DNA from: Candidatus Poribacteria bacterium
Lineage (GTDB): Bacteria; Poribacteria; WGA-4E; PCPOR2b
NCBI GenBank assembly: GCA_965218095.1
Contig: OZ244587.1
Coordinates: 2,976,001-3,040,000 of the forward strand
Direction: 5' to 3'
DNA: 64,000 bases
In this document: positions 51,571 through 60,067 of the stretch, one piece after another
Layout of the letters: the number at the start of each line of letters is the position of its first letter
Position numbering within the stretch: position 1 is the first letter of the stretch
Made by a program: the position numbers and the translations under genes
Notes under the pieces: generated by a model
The model's input: the letters and a program-made list of their open reading frames with translations, nothing else
What the model was told of the DNA's origin: nothing
The model's database searches: none

Positions 51571-53541
51571 TTAGTAATAAAACGTGTATGTCGGACAATC
51601 AATGAGAATACTCAGGATATTCCAAAAACTGCCAATCACAAAGTCGCCCAGCACCAGCCCAAGGAAAAATGGAACGGCTCGCCGATAAAGTCGCAGTCCC
51701 CCATATTTCAGCACGAGCCATTTGGCAACTGCAGCCACGATGAATGCCGCCCAAAATGTGTACATATGAAAAGCAACACCGTATCCGAGCGGGTGAATCG
51801 GCCACCAGAAAAGACGACTGCGTACCGCTGCCAGCAGAAGCGTAAACACGAACCCGATGGTTATGGCGATAATATGTGCCTTGTCTGCATCTCGCGGCGA
51901 AGTGATCCAACCGTGCAGAAAGCGGTAAGCTCGCCCCCCAAAACTGTTAATTTGTCCTCCCACCTTGCCGGTATCCACACCAAGTTGGAAAAACACATCC
52001 ACCAGCATCAGGATGCATAACGGCATCGCAACGACAAGCAGCACAAGCATCAGACGCGACAATCCTTTGACATCAAGGTTCCCCCGTTCTGCGAGTTTGA
52101 ACGCTTCGAGTTGATGTGGCATCGGATGACTCCGATTGTCCCGATTGAACCAGAAAAACAGGGAGAACCAGGTAAGGTTTTGCCCTCCAATTCGTCGTGT
52201 GCCGAACAGACTGACAAGGCTATGGTGCGGTCCAATGAAGGTCGTGTTATGGATAGAAAGACCGATCTGTGCACGAATGCGCGTAACAGCAATGGCGATC
52301 GTCAGGAAATGAGCCACGAAAAACAGCACGGCAATCCACAGTGCCATTCCCCCTCGCGTCGCAAACCCGATGAGGAATATCCCCCCGAACAAGACGCCTA
52401 AAAACGCCGTCCGATAGCGCATCGGCTCGTTCTGGTCTTCAGGCGGTCTCCGCCCGGTGGCTTGCAGGAACGCCCGCCAAATCTGCCGGCGCGTCCCCCA
52501 CAGCACAATCACGGATACTCCTGTATATGCTCCGATATTCTGTTCATAAGGGTAAGGGAAGCCAGGCAGGCTGTCCAGTCCAGATACAATTCCAATGAAG
52601 GCTTGCATCTTGTAGACAAAGAAAAAGAGGAGACATGACATCAACAGATCTAGTGGCATTAGAAAGCCAAACCCAATAGCAAACGGATATACAAGGATAG
52701 AACTTCCTCCCGTCAAAAAAGCAGTCCACGGCTTTTCAGTGAAAAACATGCTCAAGGAGAGGTGCTTAACCGGAATTTCAGGGAGAGCCGGGAAAAAGAT
52801 GTGCAGCCCATTGACGAGATTGATTGACGCAGCGATGGCAAATCCCCACCACATTGGTTGGCTGCGCAGGAAGGTACTTGTGTTGTAGGCGATCTGGAAA
52901 GGGAGTTCGACGATGGGGTAAACAAGACGTTCCTGCTCTGCCCACTGTTTGCGGAGGATGGTGTTAATGCACTGCATGACAAAGAGCAGAGCGAAGGTGA
53001 AGGCACACCACCAGAATGTGGGCTGGATCCAGCGGCGGAGATAGCGCCACTCGAAGAAGGTCTGGTCGCCACGATAAAAGGCACTCAGGATATCCGGGTC
53101 GTTAATGGTCAACCAATTCGGCAGATATTTCCAGAAAAGGTCGCGCCACTCATTCTCCGGCGTAGCAAAATAGAAGGCGTGGACGACGATCGAGACCAGC
53201 GGCAAGAACATATCGTAGGACATGAACAGGAGGGTGATCGACATCAGCACGTAAAGGGAGATCAACTCCCCACCTGTCAAGGCATACTTGGCGGCGAATT
53301 TCTTCAGGGGGAGGTTGAGAACTGCCAGTATCAGGAGGGTAAAGACGACGCTATAGAAGGGTGCCATCAGCGTCGGAAAGGTGTATCGAAGGGCTTCACA
53401 CTCGATATGCCATTTGTAGATAAACGGCAGGAAAAACAGCGAAAGGAGAACTGTTCGCCATGTGATTCGTTCTGGTTGCTTGGAAGGGAAGGAAGGCGTC
53501 TTCATAGAGGCTCTGATTGAATTGGACTCTGTATTGTTCAT
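51571..53541 (-). CDS. DUF6785/DUF6784-like polytopic membrane protein (putative transporter)
   Basis: About 16 TM segments; RKQW..ERLVYPIVELP, EPMRYR, WWPIHPLGY, KYGGLRLYR..PFFLGLVLG. Confidence 0.8.
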   Translation of the reverse strand: MNNTESNSIRASMKTPSFPSKQPERITWRTVLLSLFFLPFIYKWHIECEALRYTFPTLMAPFYSVVFTLLILAVLNLPLKKFAAKYALTGGELISLYVLMSITLLFMSYDMFLPLVSIVVHAFYFATPENEWRDLFWKYLPNWLTINDPDILSAFYRGDQTFFEWRYLRRWIQPTFWWCAFTFALLFVMQCINTILRKQWAEQERLVYPIVELPFQIAYNTSTFLRSQPMWWGFAIAASINLVNGLHIFFPALPEIPVKHLSLSMFFTEKPWTAFLTGGSSILVYPFAIGFGFLMPLDLLMSCLLFFFVYKMQAFIGIVSGLDSLPGFPYPYEQNIGAYTGVSVIVLWGTRRQIWRAFLQATGRRPPEDQNEPMRYRTAFLGVLFGGIFLIGFATRGGMALWIAVLFFVAHFLTIAIAVTRIRAQIGLSIHNTTFIGPHHSLVSLFGTRRIGGQNLTWFSLFFWFNRDNRSHPMPHQLEAFKLAERGNLDVKGLSRLMLVLLVVAMPLCILMLVDVFFQLGVDTGKVGGQINSFGGRAYRFLHGWITSPRDADKAHIIAITIGFVFTLLLAAVRSRLFWWPIHPLGYGVAFHMYTFWAAFIVAAVAKWLVLKYGGLRLYRRAVPFFLGLVLGDFVIGSFWNILSILIDCPTYTFYY

Positions 53542-53593
53542 GAAGTGCAGTGATACAAAGTTGAAGCATTAGAAAACGTAACCGTTCAGATAA

Positions 53594-53739
53594 CTAGAGC
53601 GCGTGCCGGTTGAGTCGCGCAACGTCGGTGGTTGAATCGCCGAAGTGGTGGGTTGAGTAGCGAAGCGTATCGAAACCAAACAATCCAAACGAACACACTT
53701 GGTCTCGATACGGCGCCGCCTACTCGACCAGCGTTCTAG
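53594..53739. repeat. REP-like palindrome bounded by CTAG
   Basis: GGTTGAGTAG..CGTATCGAAACC (53651-53677) / GGTCTCGATACG..CTACTCGACC (53701-53729); CTAG at 53594 and 53736. Confidence 0.65.
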
Positions 53740-53954
53740 AAAACTAAGTATACCTAATTTTCACGCCTGTTGACACCTCAAAAATTTCTCAACCATTGCC
53801 TTGACAAGAAATGATAAATCGATTAAAATGGTATTTGGATATGTGTGCCGGTAGACCTGACAGATGTTTGAAACCTATTAGGTTTTGGGCGCTACATCAC
53901 GTATCATATTCTTTTCCTGCGATAGAAATGATTTGGAGAGATTAAGGATTAAGC

Positions 53955-55320
53955 ATGACGCGACGCGATTTTCTCAAAACGTCAGCACTGGCGGGGCTCA
54001 GTCTGATGGCAGGCTGTTTACGCAAGCCTCCTGAAGGAGTCATTTTCAAAGGCTGGCCCTATGAGCCGGATCTAGTGCGTGAGAACATCGAATTTTTCGA
54101 GCGACAGACCAACATCGAAGTCGCCTACGAGGCAATATCAGGCAACTACCACGATAAGATGGTTGCGCTGTTCGTCGGCAAGACGCCATTTAATTGCTGC
54201 TATGTCCGCGACGCTGATCTTGCGGAGTGGGTTGAGGCGGGTTGGCTGCGTCCCTGCGATGACATGCTCGGCGCCGAACGGTATCTGGACGACATCTTTG
54301 ATTATAATCTTGATGCCATGACTTACGGGGGCAGACGCTACGGTCTGCCCTATTACACGGACTTTACCGTCTGGCTCTATAACGCGCAAATGCTTGAGGC
54401 GGCAGGCTTCGAGGGTCCAGCGCAGACACTGGACGAGTTGACCGAGCAGGCGATCAAAATCAAAGAGGCGCGGGTACAATCCCCTGATGGCGATGTCATC
54501 AAATATCCCATTGTGCTTGGCTTTCGGCAGAACGTCATCGGCTTCGGTGACTGGTAGTCATTGAATTACGCAAGCGAGGTCGATCTGTTCGACGACGACA
54601 TCAATCCCATTTTTCCCGACGACGAAGGCCGGCGAGCCGAGCGGATTCTCCAGTGGATTGTGGACGGGATTCACAAGCACGATATCATCGACATCAACTC
54701 GCTGACCATGGGACTCATTCGGGAAAACATCGCGGCGGGGCGACAGACATTCTCGCTGATGAACAAATACGATGTTGAGTGGGTGAATAATCGCGAGAAT
54801 GCTGCTGTCGCCGAAGCGTATCTAAAGGAGTGTGGTATCCCCAAAGCGCAAACCCTCCATGCGAAAGTCCTGAAGATGGCGCCCATCCCTTCCCTCGAAC
54901 CCGGTCAGCGAGGCACGCTGGGGTGGACACGGATGTATAGCCTGACCGCCCACTGCCGCGAGGAGCGCCTATTGGATGCATGGCAGTTGATGCAATTTCT
55001 CGGGAGCAAGGATGTGAGCGGCGACTATTTATACGGCCCGGCGTTGGTTTCGGCTCAGAGGTTTGGGGTTCGCGTTCATGTCCCTGATGGATGATCCTGA
55101 GATAATTGCCCAGACCGAGCAATGGGGCGACATCAAACTGGCAAAGGAGCTATCGCAGGTCGCGCGCATCCGCGAAAACATCAGAGCCCCGTGGTTTCCT
55201 GACTTCAACGTTTACTATCAACCGGAGATCCAGAAAATCCTTATACGTCAGCAATCCCCACGCGATGGGCTGGCGCGGATTGCCAAACGCTGTTGAGAAT
55301 TTAAGCGGGAGTGGACGTAG
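53955..55320 (+). pseudogene. Sugar ABC transporter substrate-binding lipoprotein, inactivated
   Basis: Tat motif TRRDFLK and lipobox AGC; YGLPYY..LYN; TAG at 54555-54557, +1 frameshift near 55030, premature TGA at 55294. Confidence 0.85.
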
Positions 55321-55398
55321 GACTTAAGCTCAAGTTGATTTTAAGGAAGGGTTAAGCGATATAAAACCAGAAACCGTAGAAGATTGGTGTGCCATCTC

Positions 55399-56368
55399 AT
55401 GGAAGGCGTACAACATAAGTCTCTTGCGAAGCGCAAAACCCCTACTCGCTTGACGTCGAAAGAGCGAGGGGATCGCATCTTCGCTTATCTGCTTAACGTC
55501 CCGAGCATCGCTCTCATCCTTGCGCTGATTGCGTATCCGGTCGGAGTTTCGCTGTGGACGAGCCTACGGCGCTACAACTTGCGGCGTCCAGGACAGTTCG
55601 ACTTCATCGGCCTGAGCAACTACATCGACATCCTGAGCAGTTACGACTTCTGGCATTCGCTCCGGGTCACGCTTTATTTCAGTGGGATGGGGGTGACGTT
55701 GGTTATCATTGTCGCGATAGGCATTGCGCTGCTGTTCAATGAGCGATTCGTTGGACGCGGAGTGGTGCGTTCACTGCTGTTGATTCCGTGGGCGGTGCCG
55801 GGCTTGGTCAATGGCTTAATGTGGGCGGGGCTATTTGGTGAGCACGGTGCGTTCAACAAGATAGTGGGTGATTGGGTGAATTTGTTTAACACACTGACAG
55901 GCTTGGAAATTGACTATTTAGGAATGGCGTCGCCTGTGTGTGGTCGCACTCAATGCCGCTATTGCCGCCCACGTCTGGCGGGATGTGCCGTTTGCGTGCA
56001 TTATCTTTTTAGCTGCGCTCCAGGCAATTCCTGCCGAGCAATATCGTGCAGCGCGTGTGGACGGCGCTAACGCATGGAGTCGTTTCCGCCATATCACGCT
56101 ACCGTGGTTGCTGCACCCCATTATGATTGTCGCCATCATTGAGACGATGAACAGTTTCCGCGGCGGTTTCGACATTATCTACGCACTCACCGCTGGCGGT
56201 CCGGGCGACGCCACCTATGTTATCGCCTGGCAGACTTACAAGGAAGCCTTCGGACGCCTCAACTTCGGTGGAGCAAACGCTTATTCTTATCTAATCACGC
56301 TCATCACGATGACTTTAGCGATTGTCTACATTCGGGTACTTTATCGTCGAGGGACAGTACAGAGCTAA
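55399..56368 (+). pseudogene. Sugar ABC permease, frameshifted
   Basis: FIGLSNY, LLIPWAVP, EAA-like YRAARVDGA..FRHITLP; frameshift in a GT tract near 55936-55942. Confidence 0.85.
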
Positions 56369-56541
56369 TTTGGATGACGAGTGACGAGTGAAAAGTAAAA
56401 TAACTGTCAAGATATCGGGGTGGTTCATTTTCGGGCTGAGTTCGGTTGATACTTTCCAAACCACCAAAAAATCGGAGCACAAGTTGGCAGCTTGTGCTCC
56501 TGAAATCGCCAACAGGATTTTGAGCCATCCCCAGATTAATC

Positions 56542-56790
56542 TATCAATCACTTAACTCAATCAGTGCCAACATCGCCGAAGGGTACAGCCGGAGTAGTAA
56601 CAAAGAGAAAGTTCAGTTCTATGAATATGCGCTTGGCTCCGCCAGAAAGGCCCGTGATTGGTGCTACAAAGTTCGACATGTTCTCGGCGGAGCGGTTGCC
56701 ATACATCGTCTCCAACTCCTAACATCATTCGTCTGTAACTGGTTATGGTTCCAAACCAACGGCAAAAGGTCATTAAAGAGGTTGGCATAG
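56542..56790 (+). pseudogene. Four-helix-bundle (23S rRNA IVS protein-like) remnant
   Basis: SLNSISANIAEGYSRSSNKEKVQFYEYALGSARKARDW; 5' part replaced by a MITE-like segment (about 56417-56532). Confidence 0.7.
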
Positions 56791-56866
56791 TCTGCGAAGT
56801 AACAGAGTATTGACATCACTTGTCGCTCCTCACACATCACGTTTCACGCATAAGGTAAGGAGTCTC

Positions 56867-57556
56867 GTGAATAGAGAAGTTGTCAAACGGACCATCTTAT
56901 ACCTGCTTGTTCTTCTTGCGACGCTGTACATTATAACGCCGTATTTGTGGGTTGCCCTGGTCAGTCTCATGCATGAACGCGAAGCGACTCAGTTGCATTG
57001 GATTCCACGCGAACCGACGCTGGAAAACTACATGATGTACTTCCGCGTGCACGGTCAGAGTACAGAGGTTGGCGCGGCGACTGCCCGGCAGTTTCCTCGC
57101 GCGATTGCTAACAGCATCATCATCGGCGGTTCGGTGATGTTTATCAATTTGTTCTTCGGATCGTTGGCAGCGTATGTGCTCGCACGGGTGAATTTCGGTG
57201 GCAACCTTGTGCTGCTTCTGTTTTATCTCGGCTCTCGCAGCGTACCGGGCGTGGCAATCATGATCCCCATGTATCTCGTCATGCGCAGTTACGGCTTACT
57301 GGACACGCATCTTGCGGTCATCCTCGCCCATGTGACGTTTACGCTGCCTTTCACAATCTGGATCCTCAAAGGATATTTCCAAACCGTACCGCTCGATTTG
57401 GAGCGTGCGGCAAGGGTAGATGGCTGCTCCCGTATCGGTGCGCTATTCCGCGTGTTCCTGCCGGTGACTACGCCCGGCATGATTGCAGTCGGCATCTTGG
57501 CGTTTATCTTCCAGAGGTTCATCATTCATGGCATCGGCGGTGCGGTGACAGGATGA
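56867..57556 (+). pseudogene. Carbohydrate ABC permease, internally deleted
   Basis: AAYVLAR, LPFTIWIL, LERAARVDGC..VFLP; the WN..F and last TM region appears missing before FQRFII. Confidence 0.7.
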
Positions 57557-57683
57557 GCAACAAAACGAAATGCTACAATATCTTGATATGAACCAGCATC
57601 AGAAGTCGTATGATACGAGATATTGATGAGAAAAGCATGGTAAGGCCTGTTTAAGTAATTTTCAAAAACAAACTATCATCTTC

Positions 57684-57890
57684 TGTCATCTCAAGGGAGG
57701 CTAAGTGGTGCGTTTCACAAATCCGTATAGGGTGGGGTTCGTAGTCGTGCGATTCATCGCACGTTGTACCACGCAATGAATTGCGCTACTACAAATCCTA
57801 GCCGCATTTAAGAAATAAACCACTAAGCAACCGAAAGGATCTCTGACCATTGGTCGTTGATGAAATTCTTCGCAAAGCCTCAAAATGACA
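57684..57890. repeat. Three-level nested repeat (REP in MITE in REP-like palindrome)
   Basis: Outer TGTCAT/ATGACA; CTAAG at 57701 and 57823; inner GTAG...CTAC REP at 57741-57792. Confidence 0.65.
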
Positions 57891-58028
57891 AATTTAATCT
57901 TGGAAATCCTCACAAGATGATTGGAGAACACCTCCAGCGGTAGGGTTCAGTCCATTGGCGCCAAGGTTAGGTTATGATCCAGGTTAATGGGTATGAAGAA
58001 CTGAATACATTTAGAAAGGAGCAAAAGT

Positions 58029-59761
58029 ATGAGCGATATAAAAGGAAAGAAGATTGGGCGAATTTACAGGGTTGCCGTCAATGATGATGGCGCTTCACAA
58101 TGGCAATACTGGCAGGCGCCAATCACAGCCGAACAGTTCTTACATATCGTCGTCGACGGAATATCTACCAATGATCTCTTGTGTTGGGGTGTGGGCAACA
58201 CACTTTTCTGGTACAACAGCCGGGTCGCTGAAGATCTGGACAAGGGGCAAGAGGTATTCGACAGTGTGGGTGAATGGATGGCTCACACGAATCTCCGAAA
58301 TTTGCGAAAAGCGGGTGACGCCCCGTTGGCGATGGTTTGTCAACGGGGCCATGAGACAAGGGATGCATATCTACGCTTCTTTGCGCATGAACGATGCCCA
58401 TTTTGCCTTTAGAAACGGAATAACCGCACCCACGCCCGACAAACCGGATTTTGGTATATTTCATCCGGATATGCTCTGGAATCACCAACGCGGCCCGGAG
58501 CGGAGTCTACTCACCCCACAGCTTTGGCGACAACATCCGGAATACAGGATAGGAGAAAGCTGGCCTGGGAGCGACTTTTCCGCGGATCTCCTCGATTACT
58601 CACACGCAGAAGTCAGACAACAGTGGCTGGGAATTATCGAAGAAATAGCGAATAGCTACGATGTTGACGGTATTGAGATGGACTTCGTGCGTCATCCCTT
58701 TTTCTTTAGACCCTCTGCGGTTGACGCTGGCCGCCCGCTCATGACCGAATTCGTCAGCAATGCCAGAGATATATTGGACGTAGCGGGTAAAAAGAAAGGA
58801 AAATACTTAGGGCTGGCATCTCGCTGTCTGACATCCCTGTCGGAATGTAGAACGATAGGCCTCGACATTCAGCCCTGGGTTCAAAATGGTCTGATTGACG
58901 TTTTGATGCCGAGTCCGACACGCATCAATAAATTTGAAACCGACTTCCGACCGTTCATTGAACTGGCTGAGGGAATCGATTGCCAGATTCTTATAGGCAT
59001 GGACACGGGAATCCAGAATATTACCTGGGAACACTCCCGTGCCTGGCTGGCGGAGGATATGGTGAGCGAGGGGAAAGGCGATTCTGTGGATACCCATCGG
59101 CGCCTCCTGGAAGAAATCCCACAGAAGAAGGAGAGCAAGTGCGGACAACTCGAAGGAATTCCGACCAGCCTGTGGCGCGCTTTGGCGGCCAATGCGCTTT
59201 ATGATGGCGCGGATGGCGTTTACCTGTTTAATCTGTGGGACCAGGTGAGTCGCCATGGACGACACCTTGACTTTACCATCTTAAATGATGTGCGCAGCCC
59301 TGAAGCCTTGATGGGTAAGGACAAGCTGTACGCTGTGGACTTTGACCTGTCATCGGGAGGGATATTCGGGGTCTCGGCAGGGGTCATTGCCGGTGGTTCT
59401 TCAAGAAGATCAGCCGGTGCAGTTGGGGTTGAAAATCGGTGATGAGTTGTCGAAAGTGCCGGCGCGTCATCTGGAAGAGGTGAGATTGCATCTGCTGGTG
59501 GTCAATCTGACTCCCGTGGATGCTCTTCGTGTGGAAATGAACGGTCAATCGATTGATGATCTGAAACAGGCGCCAACTCTTGAGCCCGGGGCGCCAACTG
59601 GCCCCCACTCTGCGTTTGTGGATTTGATTTTTGATTTGCATTCTCGTGTGCCACGCCTGGGATTGAATTCGTTCACGGTAGCCCTGGTGAAAAAAAACGA
59701 GCAGGTGCGGCCTCCGGTTTATCTCAGGGAGTTGGAGCTATCGATTAGGTATTGCTGTTAA
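58029..59761 (+). pseudogene. Glycosyl hydrolase-like (GHL10-type TIM barrel) gene with two frameshifts
   Basis: VNDDG, YASLRMNDAH, LDYSHAEVR, YDVDGIEMDFVR, GADGVYLFN; frame changes near 58353 and 59360. Confidence 0.75.
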
Positions 59762-60067
59762 TGGATATGCTTTTTCAACTTCGAATTGATGGACAGCATA
59801 CGAACCGATCAAAGGGGTATATGATCTTGTTGACATGACCGATTGTGGCAATTTTCCCTTGACGCTCAAACCGATTTCTGCCAAAATATGATGTCTTTTC
59901 GTTTAATCTCCCCACATCGGATGATTAAGAATCGTACTATAAACATGTTGCACCTAGCAGCGCTAAAGCTACGAGGTTGTTGCTCAACAGCAGGTTCTAT
60001 TCGCAGAAACCTACCCTTATCAGCGTAGGAGAGAGGGTGGGGGAGAAGTAAAGCGAAAGGAAAAAAC

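Noticed and set aside
52858-53520. 220-aa plus-strand ORF and other shadow ORFs
   Set aside because: Antisense to well-supported genes with no motifs of their own.
19656-54557. Genome-wide amber recoding
   Set aside because: Conserved genes (pcrA, hisF, glcB) end at TAG at the expected positions.
20152-56426. Shared 14-mer TATCGGGGTGGTTC in the tnpB tail and near 56412
   Set aside because: Similarity does not extend; probably chance.
56542-56790. Diversity-generating retroelement (Avd-like four-helix bundle)
   Set aside because: No reverse transcriptase and no repeat pair differing only at adenines; the 41-bp repeat also differs at a C/T position and looks like a promoter.
59850-60060. Possible riboswitch in the long leader of the GH42-like gene
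   Set aside because: No recognisable aptamer consensus or convincing helices.
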